Source of the DNA: a virus | Strand: one strand, 5' to 3' | IMG/VR virus record: IMGVR_UViG_3300020036_004192 | Span: 1-64,000 of that record | DNA length: 64,000 nucleotides | Part shown: positions 1 through 9,629 of the stretch, one piece after another | Layout of the letters: each line of letters begins with the position of its first letter | How positions within the stretch are numbered: position 1 is the stretch's first letter | Notes under the pieces: model-generated | What the model saw: the letters and a program-made list of their open reading frames with translations, nothing else | Databases searched by the model: none | What the model was told of the DNA's origin: nothing | Position numbers and translations under genes: made by a program

Positions 1-782
1 CTCTTGATGGTTGGTGGGTGCTCTATGATTCGTCATTAAGTGCCGTAGGGGACTTTGCTACGGCTGCCCAGGGTGCTACAGCGGACAGCGCGGTCCAGCC
101 TGGCGATCTTCCTACTTTTGGTGACATAGTAACACATAATGCTGCAGAGTTCGATACTGCAGGCGCAGCGGCAGCGGTAACTCCAACGTCATTAGGTCTT
201 ATTGTCGGTACAGACGTTCAAGCTTATGACGCGGACCTTGCAGCTATAGCGGGGACCACCTCGGCAGCTAATAAGATACCGTATTTCACAGGTGCTGCTA
301 CAGCCAGCCTGCTGACCTTAGATACGGATGGCACGTTAGTCGCAAATAGCGATACAACCTTACCTTCCCAGAAGGCAGTTAAGACTTATGTGGATGCGCT
401 CTCTGCTACTAGAATGGCTAGAGCATGGCACTACTGGTCGTACTCAGCAGTTTCTTCTGGAACCATGTCTGGTTCTAACATGTATATGGCTATAGCTGCA
501 ACGGGATATCTAGAATGGGTTGATGAGCTTGAAGCGGGTACGTGGAGATTCCAAGCCCACTATACGGCTATCAACGCTAATGCTTCGAGTACATTACAGC
601 TAGCTATTAATAGCTCTAACTTAGGGTCTGCTATGTCGACATATTTAGGGACTAACACCCCAGTTGTTTCAATCGTAGATGCTGACAAAGTGCTTACAGC
701 TAAAACTGTTGTCACGTTGAGGGTTACGGCTGCTGTTGCAACCTGTAGATTCCATGGCATTTCAGCAAGGAGAGTTGATTAA
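1..782 (+). CDS. Tail fibre protein, C-terminal part (5' partial; frame open to window edge)
   Basis: Frame is open from nt 3 with no stop, so the GTG at 18 is not a real start. Ala/Thr/Gly-rich sequence with an [12 protein letters not shown] motif typical of phage tail-fibre proteins. Confidence 0.55.
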   Translation, partial: LDGWWVLYDSSLSAVGDFATAAQGATADSAVQPGDLPTFGDIVTHNAAEFDTAGAAAAVTPTSLGLIVGTDVQAYDADLAAIAGTTSAANKIPYFTGAATASLLTLDTDGTLVANSDTTLPSQKAVKTYVDALSATRMARAWHYWSYSAVSSGTMSGSNMYMAIAATGYLEWVDELEAGTWRFQAHYTAINANASSTLQLAINSSNLGSAMSTYLGTNTPVVSIVDADKVLTAKTVVTLRVTAAVATCRFHGISARRVD

Positions 783-949
783 TGGGTTTAGAATGGCAAG
801 ATGGTGAAATTGTAGAAGTGCCTGATGTTGTCGATGCAGATTTGGTGTCGACTCGGGCAGCTATTGCATCAGCTACTACAGTTTCGGGTTTAAGGACTGC
901 ACAGTTACGGCTTGCAGATTACATTAGGGATAATAAAATAGATATCTAG
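782..949 (+). CDS. Hypothetical small protein (55 aa)
   Basis: ATG overlaps the upstream stop (TAATG); tiles between the tail fibre and the next gene. Confidence 0.35.
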   Translation: MGLEWQDGEIVEVPDVVDADLVSTRAAIASATTVSGLRTAQLRLADYIRDNKIDI

Positions 950-957
950 GAGATGCT

Positions 958-1104
958 ATGCCTACAGAAAAAGAACTTATTATAACAGAGGGTCTGCTTT
1001 TAGAGCAAACAGATAACGGTGCCACCCCTGAAGATGGCCCCCAACCTCCTATGCTTGATGACAAAGAAGATCGCAAGCCGGTGAAGGAGTATAAAGATGT
1101 CTAG
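958..1104 (+). CDS. Hypothetical small acidic protein (48 aa)
   Basis: GGAG lies 6 nt upstream of the ATG; the stop overlaps the endolysin start (ATGTCTAG). Confidence 0.3.
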   Translation: MPTEKELIITEGLLLEQTDNGATPEDGPQPPMLDDKEDRKPVKEYKDV

Positions 1105-1933
1105 ACAGTTGACTGTAGCTGACCGTGAGCAGATTTTAGCGTTGGCTTATTCTCAGCGTGGGGTTAAAGAAGTTCCTGCTGGGTCTAACCGAGTTAAGTA
1201 TTCTGACTGGTGGGGTTTCACTGGCCCATGGTGTTTTATGTTTGTTTCATGGGTTTTCTATACTGCTTTAGGGTTCTCTCCGTTCCCATGTACTACATCT
1301 AAGGGTGGCGCATACTGTCCTAGTGGGGTTTCTTGGTTTAAGTCTAAAGGTAAGTGGGCTAGCAAGTCGACTCGCCCCCAGCGTGGTTGGATTGTTTTCT
1401 TTGATTTCGGCAAGGGGCGTCCTAGCCATGTGGGGATTGTTTTAGGTGTCCTGAAGGATGGGCGCATCCACACTATAGAGGGGAACACTAGTTCGGGTGG
1501 CTCCCAAGATAACGGTGGTATTGTTGTCGAACACTATCGTAGCACTTCTTCCATTGTTGGCTATGGGATCATAGATTACACTTACGTTAAGCCTGCGCCT
1601 TCGAAGCCTCCGGTTGTTATTCCGGCTATGCCGACTCTGACTGCCTCTTTAACGCTTGAGGACTATAAAACCAATGACCCCCAGGCTGTACGGTATGTCC
1701 ACAACAGGCTAAATGTTATACTTCCTCATTGGAAGTATAAGGGGCCGAAGAACCGTGGAGATGGTAGGTTTGACGAAACAACATTAGTACAGGTTGTTTA
1801 TTTCAAGGGTTACGCCAATGAGCTGGCAGACCTTAACAAGCAGGAACGTCCGTTCCCTGTTATAAACGGTGTTGTTGGTTCTAAGACTATGGCTATTCTT
1901 GCATGGTATGGGGCCTACTATCAGTCCACCTAA
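1097..1933 (+). CDS. Endolysin: N-terminal CHAP peptidase domain plus C-terminal peptidoglycan-binding domain
   Basis: Cys (GPWCFMFVSWV) and His (RPSHVGIV) spacing fits CHAP. The C-terminus (AVRYVHNRLNVIL...NGVVGSKTMAIL) resembles a PG_binding_1 repeat. Confidence 0.75.
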   Translation: MSRQLTVADREQILALAYSQRGVKEVPAGSNRVKYSDWWGFTGPWCFMFVSWVFYTALGFSPFPCTTSKGGAYCPSGVSWFKSKGKWASKSTRPQRGWIVFFDFGKGRPSHVGIVLGVLKDGRIHTIEGNTSSGGSQDNGGIVVEHYRSTSSIVGYGIIDYTYVKPAPSKPPVVIPAMPTLTASLTLEDYKTNDPQAVRYVHNRLNVILPHWKYKGPKNRGDGRFDETTLVQVVYFKGYANELADLNKQERPFPVINGVVGSKTMAILAWYGAYYQST

Positions 1934-1980
1934 CTTTATTTGTCTTATTTAATCCCCGATGTTATCAGTGAGGGGATTAA

Positions 1981-2595
1981 ATGAGTATTCTCAAAAATTC
2001 TACTGTGAACATTTACATTCGCCAGGCTGTAGTAAAGGCGCGTAAACGTATCAATAGAGGATCAGTTATCTTGCTTGTTGCTGCTCTTTTAGTTGGACTG
2101 ACTTCTGCTGTCATAACTTACAAGCTCATTAAGCCAGATGAGTGGAGACCACTGGGGCCGTACCCAGTGCAGCCTGTGACCAATAGTGGCCCTAGGATAG
2201 ATTCATTAACTGGTGATAATTCTCAAGTTGCTACCGTAGATATCAATGGGACGGTTAAGACTTCTGGAGTAAAGTGTGCTAAAGAAGAAGTTCTTGTAAC
2301 CGGCATTCTTGGTTGGCATTCTGTATATCCTGGTGGATTTGTTTATGAGGTACCTCAGCCAGCCAATAAGCCACCAGCAGTAAGGTTGATTGGGTGTAGC
2401 GCAAAGACTCCATATGAAAACCATATCCCCATTGAGGTAAGAGAATACGCTTTAGGAAACATGAAAAATGGTATCGGTCCAGAGTTTATTATTGGTGGTT
2501 GCGAGATACCGCAGAAGTTAGATTCAAGTGGCAAAACTGGTGAAAGGCAATGCTGGAGAACCGAGCGATTCATACTAGTAGATAAGGCTGGGTAA
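1981..2595 (+). CDS. Membrane-anchored protein (single N-terminal TM), lysis-cassette position
   Basis: Hydrophobic segment VILLVAALLVGLTSAVITY; lies immediately after the endolysin. Confidence 0.5.
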   Translation: MSILKNSTVNIYIRQAVVKARKRINRGSVILLVAALLVGLTSAVITYKLIKPDEWRPLGPYPVQPVTNSGPRIDSLTGDNSQVATVDINGTVKTSGVKCAKEEVLVTGILGWHSVYPGGFVYEVPQPANKPPAVRLIGCSAKTPYENHIPIEVREYALGNMKNGIGPEFIIGGCEIPQKLDSSGKTGERQCWRTERFILVDKAG

Positions 2596-3278
2596 TGATA
2601 ACCTGGGGTACTGTCGTTGCTATAATGCTAGGCATCCTAGCCTTCTCTGCGGTTCTGGCCCTGGTGCCAAAGTTTCTGCGAGCGGTCAAAACATTTGGTA
2701 ATTTTCTTTCTTCTATAGATAGGATCTATCAGATCCAATCTTTGTCTGAGGGGCAAAAGGGAATTATAGAGTCAATTGAAGGAATCAATCACAAACTGCG
2801 CAACTCATTTAATCAGACTGAAGATATAAAAAAGATTAAAGACATTGTTACTCAGTTTTCCGAGGATCTTTCAAACAACGCAGCAGAAATGGCTGTCGCT
2901 ACTTTCAAGGCTCACACTATTCATTGTCCTACAGCTTCGTATATCATCAAATCAACTGTGGAAGGTGATGGTGAATTCATTTGGGCTAATAGTGAATGGT
3001 ATAAACTATTGGGCATCACATATGCAGAGGCTGCTCTGGGACAATTTTGGTCTGCGGTAGCGGCTGAGGATAGAGTGCGTGTAAAGGATGCTTCTGATGC
3101 GTCTTATCATTACCGTCTAGAGTTTAATGTTTCATATACCAATGTTAACGTTAAAACGGGGAAACGTAACAAAGTGGAAGTTCAGGCATGGCCACTTATC
3201 CCTCTGCATGCTAAGAAAGATACTCAAGTGATTTTCTTAGGTGCAATTAAAATCCTCGATGAATACGAAATTAATTAG
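2595..3278 (+). CDS. Membrane protein with N-terminal TM and PAS-like C-terminal region
   Basis: Overlaps the upstream gene as ATGA; TM segment VVAIMLGILAFSAVLALV. Confidence 0.45.
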   Translation: MITWGTVVAIMLGILAFSAVLALVPKFLRAVKTFGNFLSSIDRIYQIQSLSEGQKGIIESIEGINHKLRNSFNQTEDIKKIKDIVTQFSEDLSNNAAEMAVATFKAHTIHCPTASYIIKSTVEGDGEFIWANSEWYKLLGITYAEAALGQFWSAVAAEDRVRVKDASDASYHYRLEFNVSYTNVNVKTGKRNKVEVQAWPLIPLHAKKDTQVIFLGAIKILDEYEIN

Positions 3279-3552
3279 CCTTGAGCCAGTTTTGGGTTGG
3301 GCTGCTGTATTCGGTTCGGTTGTAGTGTATGATCTTTGGGCGATAAGAAAAGAGAAGGAAACTCTTTCTTCGTTCTATCGTAGAATGTCTAGGAATAGAT
3401 TTGGACTCGTTGCCGTTAATAGTCTGTGGATGGCATTAACATGGCATTTGATGTTGGGGCATAAGAAGATCCTGCCGGAGCATCATAGACAGTCGTATGC
3501 TAAATACCATCCTGTTTGGATTGTTGTCAATGGGGTAAAACAAAAAGGATAA
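3259..3552 (+). CDS. Small two-TM membrane protein (holin-like candidate)
   Basis: Two hydrophobic helices (LGWAAVFGSVVVY and LVAVNSLWMALTWHLML). Start taken at the ATG at 3259 (ORF track gives 3241). Confidence 0.4.
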   Translation: MNTKLISLEPVLGWAAVFGSVVVYDLWAIRKEKETLSSFYRRMSRNRFGLVAVNSLWMALTWHLMLGHKKILPEHHRQSYAKYHPVWIVVNGVKQKG

Positions 3553-3555
3553 GTT

Positions 3556-6500
3556 TTGGGTAAATCATTTGCCCACCTTCATCTGCATACAGAGTATTCC
3601 ATGCTCGATGGCGCAGCGAAGGTGGATGGAGTTGTTGCGGCGGTGGCTGAAGATGACCAGCCAGCAGCAGCTATCACTGATCATGGTAACATGTATGGCG
3701 TTATCCCCTTCTACAAGGCGGCTAAGGCGGCTGGTATAAAACCTATTATTGGTAGCGAGTTGTACCAGGCTAGGGACCACAGAACTGAACGCATCACCAG
3801 TAAGGGGAAAGTAAAAGATGGCGGTGGTGAAACTGAAGACAATCTGAAGCAGTATTATCATATAACCACTTTGGCTGAGACTAATGAGGGTTATCAGAAC
3901 CTTATTCAACTGTCAAGTAAAGCTTACTTAGAGGGGTATTACAAGAAACCTAAAGTAGACTGGGAACTTCTAGAGCAACATTCTAGAGGCATCATTGCGA
4001 CGACAGGCTGCCTTGGCGGGCATGTCTTACAGGAACTACTTAATAAGCGAAGAGGTAAAAGGGACAACTATAATGCCGCCCTAGCTAAAGCTGCTCGATT
4101 GCAAGATATCTTTGGTAAAGATAATCTGTTTATTGAAATTCAAGATCATGGTTTAGAAGAGCAGACTTTTACAAACCCTTCGCTTATGAGGATAGCTAAG
4201 AAGCTAAACGCTCCGTTAGTTGCAACTAACGATAGTCATTACGTGCATAAGCATGATGCAGAGTCTCATGGGGCTTTACTTTGTCAGCCCCCTGGTACAA
4301 AAGTTCTTAGAGTTACTGGAACGACTTTAGCTGGTAATCCAAGGGGGTCCTCGTGGAAGGTTCTAGTTGATGCCACCAATATAGAGGATATAAGGGTTGG
4401 TGATCGGGTAGTCTCTTGGTCTGGAAAAGATAGGAAAGGACGAGTCCATAAACTTGGTAACTATGTGACTCAGGTTGGATCAAGACAATATCTTGGAGAA
4501 CTTATAAAGGTAAATCTGACTAGTGGAGAAGAATCTCGATATACCGACGATCATATCTGCATAGTTAGACTGGATTCTGATCCGACTGATGGTAACTATG
4601 TAACCTACATAATGCGTCAAGGAAGTAAATACAGGATTGGGTCGACCCAATTCCAAAGGATTAGGTCTAAGAATAGGCCTGGAACCGGAGTTTTAGGATT
4701 AATAGCTAGGGCTAAAGAACAAAATGCTGATGCAATATGGGCTTTAACTGTTCACAAAACAAAGGCAGAAGCTAATCAAGAAGAACTATTCATAAGTCAA
4801 AAGTTTGGAATTCCTACTTGGTCTTTTTATGATGTAAGGAAAAGTTTGCCTAGAACTGACTATTACAAGCCCCTATGGGAGCGAACCACCGGAGAATGTG
4901 ATCTTGAAGCTAGGGCTAAAAACTGCATTAGCTCATATAATAGAAAGTTTGAGTATCCATTCTGGGATGTCCGAACTTTACAACCGGGGCAAAGAAGGAC
5001 TAACGAGATAAGAGCTTGTAATTTATTATCTGGGATGTTGATGTGTGCTCCTGGTCTTAGTAGTAGTGTTCATACTTATGCAGGATCGGGTGCGTGGCAG
5101 GCTATCACTGTAAGTAGAGAAAATTATTCTGGTGATGTTTATTCTATTGATGTTTCTGAAGATCATACATACATAGCTGATGGAATTGTAACACATAATT
5201 GTGTCCAAACGGGTTCTAGATTATCCGATCCTGACAGATTTAAGTTCACAGGTGAAGAGCACTATATTAAAACCGCTGAAGAAATGCGTTATCTGTTTCG
5301 TGAAGTTGAAGTCGCTTGTGACAACACGTTACTTGTAGCTGAGCGTTGTAACGTTGAAATAGACTTTCATCGACCCTCTATGCCAGAATTCCCTCTGCCA
5401 ATTGGCTTTAATGATTATAAGTCTTATCTACATCATCTCACTTTTGAAGGTGCTGTTGAGCGATGGGGTCAAGATCTTCCAGATGAAGTTATCTATAGAC
5501 TAGGCTATGAGTTGGATGTTATATCTAACCTTGGGTTGGAATCTTACTTCTTAGTTGTATGGGACCTAATTCGTCATGCTAAAGAAAATGGGATTCGTAC
5601 CGGCGCAGGTCGGGGTAGCGCCGCTGGAAGCGCAGTAGCCTATTCTCTAGGTGTAACAAACATTAACCCTATCAAGTACGATTTGCTGTTCGAACGTTTC
5701 TTAAATCCAGATAGGGTTTCTATGGCAGACATAGATATGGACTTTGATTCACGTTATCGTGATCATATGATTAATTATGCTGCACAGAAATATGGGCGTG
5801 ACCATGTTGCCCAAATCATTACGTTCTCAACTATTAAGGCGAGGGCTGCCGTGCAGGACGCAGCTAGAGTCTTAGGTTATGAATTCGATGTGGGACGTAA
5901 TATTAATAGGCTCATGCCCAAGCTTATAGCTGGCAGAAGCACTCCACTTCATGCTTGCTTTGAATTGAAAGAAGAATTCAAAGACGGCTATGGCTTAGCA
6001 AAGGATTTGCGTGAGCTATATAACCGCGATCCAGATACTAAAAAAGTTATTGATGTCGCCCTGGGACTGGAAGACCTGCGTAGGCAGGACGGCATCCATG
6101 CGGCAGCCGTAATTATCACCAAAGATCCTTTAACTGACTATGTGCCGATTCAACGTAAGAATAAAGTCAATCAAGACCCAGAAGAGGCCCCTATCGTAAC
6201 CCAATATGAGGCTACGGCTTGTGATGACTTAGGGTTATTAAAGATGGATTTCTTGGCTTTAAGGAACCTTGATGTTATAACTGATACACTTAAACACGTT
6301 AAGTCCCGCCAAGGAGTAGAGGTTGATATTGATGAACTTCCCTTAGAGGATGGTAAGACGTTTGACCTACTACAGTCAGGTCACGCTATAGGTGTTTTCC
6401 AGCTAGAATCTAAGGAAATGCGGAACCTCATGAAACTCTTGGAACCGAATTCCTTGGATGACGTAGCAGCCCTGGTGGCTTTGTACCGTCCTGGCCCTAT

Positions 6501-7740
6501 GGCAGCTAATATGCATAAAGATTACGCTGACAGAAAGACTGGTCGCAAACCTGTCACCTATTACCATCCTGATCTTGAAGATGTGCTTTCCAGCACATAC
6601 GGTCTGATGATCTATCAAGAAAGCATCATGAAGGTTGCCCAGAAAATGGCTGGCTATTCTCTGGCTGAAGCAGATATGCTCCGAAAAGCAATGGGTAAAA
6701 AAGATAGGAATCTTATTGCTGCTGAGCGGGACAAGTTTGTTCAAGGGTGCATAGCCCAGGGGTATGGAACTATAGGCCATTCTTTGTTCGACATCATGGA
6801 ACCATTTGCCGATTATGCTTTTAACGCTAGCCATGCTTACTCTTATGGCTTTATTGCGTATCAAACCGCATACCTTAAAGCTCATTATCCAGTCGAGTAT
6901 ATGGCAGCGTTACTAACCAGCGTGATAGATAAGTCAGATAAGCTAGCTATCTATTTAAATGAATGTAGACGAATGCAAATCCCCGTCTTGGTCCCAGACA
7001 TTAACAAATCAGGAGTTGATTTCGCGCCAACCGAGGACGGGGCCATCCTGTTCGCCATGGCAGCCGTAAGAGATGTTGGTCAGGCTGTATCGGTGAGCCT
7101 TGTTGAAGAGTACGGTGGCCCTTATTCCGATTTTCACAAGTTCATTAAGGATGGACCTATGGCTCTTATAAATAAGAAGGCACTTGGTTCGTTGATTAAT
7201 GCAGGTGCATTTGATTCTTTAGGCCATAGTCGCAAGGGCCTGCTAAGTATTTATGAAGATTCATTAAAGAAATCTAAGAGGCATCAAAAAGATGAAGATA
7301 ATGGGGTCATGACTTTGTTCGATGTGTTTGAACATGACGTGGCGATTCCCCTTGAAGAGTTTTCCCGTGAAGAGAAAATGGCTAAAGAAAAGGAAGTTCT
7401 TGGGGTTTATGTTAGTGATCATCCTTTAATTGGGATGGAGGGAATACTAGAACAGGGTAGGGAGTTTACTATAGGTGAACTAGTGGAGTCTAAGGGTAGT
7501 GCTTATGTAAGCACTACAGGTATGGTTAGTAATATACAAAAGAAGATAACTAAGAAAGGGGATTGGATGGCTACTTTTAATTTAGAAGATTTAGAGTGGA
7601 GTGTTGAAGCTGTCGTATTCCCAAAAGACTATCCAAAAGTAATATCTCTTCTTAACGAGGACTCTGTGGTATGGGTTAAAGGTAGAATGTTAGAGGATAA
7701 CAATAAGCTATCTGTATCTAAGGTAAAAACCCTAGCATGA
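3556..7740 (+). CDS. dnaE: DNA polymerase III alpha subunit (DnaE-type, PHP domain) interrupted by an intein
   Basis: PHP motif HLHLHTEYSMLDGA and the GAGRGSAAGSAVAYSLGVTNINP polymerase motif. TTG start with an AAGGA RBS upstream. The intein-free length of about 1088 aa fits a phage DnaE. Confidence 0.9.
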   Translation: MGKSFAHLHLHTEYSMLDGAAKVDGVVAAVAEDDQPAAAITDHGNMYGVIPFYKAAKAAGIKPIIGSELYQARDHRTERITSKGKVKDGGGETEDNLKQYYHITTLAETNEGYQNLIQLSSKAYLEGYYKKPKVDWELLEQHSRGIIATTGCLGGHVLQELLNKRRGKRDNYNAALAKAARLQDIFGKDNLFIEIQDHGLEEQTFTNPSLMRIAKKLNAPLVATNDSHYVHKHDAESHGALLCQPPGTKVLRVTGTTLAGNPRGSSWKVLVDATNIEDIRVGDRVVSWSGKDRKGRVHKLGNYVTQVGSRQYLGELIKVNLTSGEESRYTDDHICIVRLDSDPTDGNYVTYIMRQGSKYRIGSTQFQRIRSKNRPGTGVLGLIARAKEQNADAIWALTVHKTKAEANQEELFISQKFGIPTWSFYDVRKSLPRTDYYKPLWERTTGECDLEARAKNCISSYNRKFEYPFWDVRTLQPGQRRTNEIRACNLLSGMLMCAPGLSSSVHTYAGSGAWQAITVSRENYSGDVYSIDVSEDHTYIADGIVTHNCVQTGSRLSDPDRFKFTGEEHYIKTAEEMRYLFREVEVACDNTLLVAERCNVEIDFHRPSMPEFPLPIGFNDYKSYLHHLTFEGAVERWGQDLPDEVIYRLGYELDVISNLGLESYFLVVWDLIRHAKENGIRTGAGRGSAAGSAVAYSLGVTNINPIKYDLLFERFLNPDRVSMADIDMDFDSRYRDHMINYAAQKYGRDHVAQIITFSTIKARAAVQDAARVLGYEFDVGRNINRLMPKLIAGRSTPLHACFELKEEFKDGYGLAKDLRELYNRDPDTKKVIDVALGLEDLRRQDGIHAAAVIITKDPLTDYVPIQRKNKVNQDPEEAPIVTQYEATACDDLGLLKMDFLALRNLDVITDTLKHVKSRQGVEVDIDELPLEDGKTFDLLQSGHAIGVFQLESKEMRNLMKLLEPNSLDDVAALVALYRPGPMAANMHKDYADRKTGRKPVTYYHPDLEDVLSSTYGLMIYQESIMKVAQKMAGYSLAEADMLRKAMGKKDRNLIAAERDKFVQGCIAQGYGTIGHSLFDIMEPFADYAFNASHAYSYGFIAYQTAYLKAHYPVEYMAALLTSVIDKSDKLAIYLNECRRMQIPVLVPDINKSGVDFAPTEDGAILFAMAAVRDVGQAVSVSLVEEYGGPYSDFHKFIKDGPMALINKKALGSLINAGAFDSLGHSRKGLLSIYEDSLKKSKRHQKDEDNGVMTLFDVFEHDVAIPLEEFSREEKMAKEKEVLGVYVSDHPLIGMEGILEQGREFTIGELVESKGSAYVSTTGMVSNIQKKITKKGDWMATFNLEDLEWSVEAVVFPKDYPKVISLLNEDSVVWVKGRMLEDNNKLSVSKVKTLA
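4282..5199 (+). mobile_element. Class-1 intein (306 aa) in the DnaE PHP domain; Cys1 ... His-Asn, then Cys+1
   Basis: Host sequence ALL|CQPPGT...IVTHN|CVQTGS; removing the insert restores the conserved ALLCVQTG of PolIII alpha. Terminal HN followed by Cys. No clear LAGLIDADG motif was seen. Confidence 0.8.
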
Positions 7741-7946
7741 ATGTAATTCTTTTTCATGAGTTAAGAAAAAGAAGTGGAATAAGTGCCCGAGAGCTTTCGT
7801 TGAAAGCTGGGTTATCGCCTGCATACGTTTCTAAAATTGAATCGGGTGCCATGTCTCCGACTGTCCATGCATTTGCTTCTTTGATGAGGTGCTTAAATGC
7901 TAACGTGTATGAGATATACTTTATACTTTTTGGAGAAGACAAATGA
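7737..7946 (+). CDS. XRE/Cro-type helix-turn-helix protein
   Basis: SARELSLKAGLSPAYVSKIESG HTH motif. ATGA overlap with the dnaE stop. The segment is AT-rich (~38% GC). Confidence 0.6.
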   Translation: MNVILFHELRKRSGISARELSLKAGLSPAYVSKIESGAMSPTVHAFASLMRCLNANVYEIYFILFGEDK

Positions 7947-7996
7947 GAATTAGCTACAGCACTTTGAAGTTGTGGAATTCGAGTGGTTGGAAATGA
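7943..7996 (+). pseudogene. 17-codon stub duplicating the 5' end of the downstream nuclease gene (MRISYSTLKLWNS...)
   Basis: Protein-identical but synonymously diverged from the 8696 gene start (MRISYSTLSLWNS); the stub terminates in an ATGA overlap with the HNH gene. Confidence 0.45.
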
Positions 7997-8706
7997 ATGT
8001 AAAATATACGCCAGAAATGATAGAGTCAGCGGTGGCTAGAAGTAATTCATGGATTGAGGTATGTAGTATATTCGGATCACAAGAAGCAATGTCTAAACAT
8101 TTTAAACGTATGTCTGTAAAATATGGTATAGATTTTTCACACTTTAACACTTCTAGAAAACATAGAGAAGGAAGGGTCTTGCTTGCTGATGTTCTTTCTG
8201 GAAAAGTCAAAACAGAAGAATGCCCTAAGAGACTTAGGGTACGTTTGGTTCAATACGGATATAAGGAAGAACAGTGTGAAATTTGTTTAAGGACTGAATG
8301 GAATAATAGTAAAATTCCTTTAGAAGTTCATCATATTGATGGAAGTAGGGCAAATAATATTTTAGAGAATCTTCAAATTTTATGTGCTAACTGCCATGGA
8401 GTCTTAACTGTGCAACAGTATACTCCAAGAAAAGTATTTTCTTGTCCTGATTGTGGTGACCCTATATCTCAATATTCTAAAAGATGTAGAAAATGCTCTT
8501 CCTTTAAGCAAAAAACATCCTTCAGAAATGAACGAACTAAGATTAATTGGCCTGAAAATTCTGAATTAGTGCAATTAGTTGAACGAAGTGGTTACTTGGG
8601 AGCGGGTAGGCAGTTGGGCGTATCAGGGAGTAGCATTCGTGGTAGGTTAGAACGTCAAAACTTAAAAGCAAAATCTCCATTTGAAAGGCAATCACATGCG
8701 AATTAG
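7993..8706 (+). CDS. HNH homing endonuclease (free-standing)
   Basis: CEICLRTEWNNSKIPLEVHHIDGSRANNILENLQILCANCH HNH motif plus zinc-ribbon cysteines. Start taken at the ATG at 7993 (ORF track gives GTG 7972). Confidence 0.75.
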   Translation: MNVKYTPEMIESAVARSNSWIEVCSIFGSQEAMSKHFKRMSVKYGIDFSHFNTSRKHREGRVLLADVLSGKVKTEECPKRLRVRLVQYGYKEEQCEICLRTEWNNSKIPLEVHHIDGSRANNILENLQILCANCHGVLTVQQYTPRKVFSCPDCGDPISQYSKRCRKCSSFKQKTSFRNERTKINWPENSELVQLVERSGYLGAGRQLGVSGSSIRGRLERQNLKAKSPFERQSHAN

Positions 8707-9541
8707 TTACTCTACATTAAGTTTATGGAATTCTTGTCCATTAAAGGGACACTTTAAGGAAACACTAGAGGTCGAAGATAGAGTTAATGCTAAGGCCGTG
8801 TTCGGCACAATTATCCACATGTGCCTAGAAGATCTAAACAAGGGCGTTTCTATCGAAAATTGCATTGAGCGTTTTAAAGATCTATGGGATAACCCAGACA
8901 AGATAGGTTCCATAATTGATTTCTGGCCTAGGAACACGACCTACGGTGGGCTGCGTGATAAGGGCGTAGAAATACTAAACCTATACTATGATAAAGTCAA
9001 GTGGGAGAATCGACAGATTCTTGCGACCGAACATAAATTCTTAGTGCCATTCGGGGATCATGAACTTAAAGGTGTGGTTGACTTGCTGGAAGTTAAGAAA
9101 GCAGGCAACGGCCATCGTACTTTGCGTATCTGTGACTACAAGACGGCGGGGCGTCAGCCCACTAAGATTGAGTTGTTCCTGAACCAGCAGTTCACGGTTT
9201 ATTATTATGCTTCGCTTCAGCCAGAGTTCTGGATGGGTAACGGTCCTGATTATCCTGGCATCCCTGGTGGTGAAGATTACTTTGAAGCTTTCAAGCGAAT
9301 CAATCGTAAAGCCATATGGGTTCATCTGATGAATATGAAAGATATTGATGCGGGGCCAAGAGATGATGATGACTTCTATAGGCTGTACCGTCTGGTGACT
9401 GAAATCGAAAAGGCACAGGATGCTGGTGTGTTTGTTCCTAACATTGGTGAAAGTTGTGTGTGGTGCCCCTACACCGATCCTTGTGGTGTTCCTATCCCTA
9501 AAGAACTTGCAGAAGAGGCACTTGTGACTGCAGAAGTTTAA
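8696..9541 (+). CDS. Cas4-like / RecB-family PD-(D/E)XK exonuclease with a 4-Cys FeS cluster
   Basis: N-terminal Cys (WNSCPLKG), the GVVDLLEVKK and ICDYKT nuclease motifs, and a C-terminal CVWCPYTDPCG. Confidence 0.7.
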   Translation: MRISYSTLSLWNSCPLKGHFKETLEVEDRVNAKAVFGTIIHMCLEDLNKGVSIENCIERFKDLWDNPDKIGSIIDFWPRNTTYGGLRDKGVEILNLYYDKVKWENRQILATEHKFLVPFGDHELKGVVDLLEVKKAGNGHRTLRICDYKTAGRQPTKIELFLNQQFTVYYYASLQPEFWMGNGPDYPGIPGGEDYFEAFKRINRKAIWVHLMNMKDIDAGPRDDDDFYRLYRLVTEIEKAQDAGVFVPNIGESCVWCPYTDPCGVPIPKELAEEALVTAEV

Positions 9542-9557
9542 GCAAACATTTTCAATA

Positions 9558-9569
9558 TGTGGTATAATA
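9558..9569 (+). promoter_or_regulatory. Candidate extended -10 promoter (TGgTATAAT) upstream of the ATPase gene
   Basis: tgtGGTATAATat lies in the 88-bp intergenic gap; a weak TTTAAG sits at -35. Confidence 0.3.
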
Positions 9570-9629
9570 TATCCAATAAAGCAAATGCTTATTGATTAAG
9601 TCCAGAGATGGCGAAGAAAGAAAAGAGAT

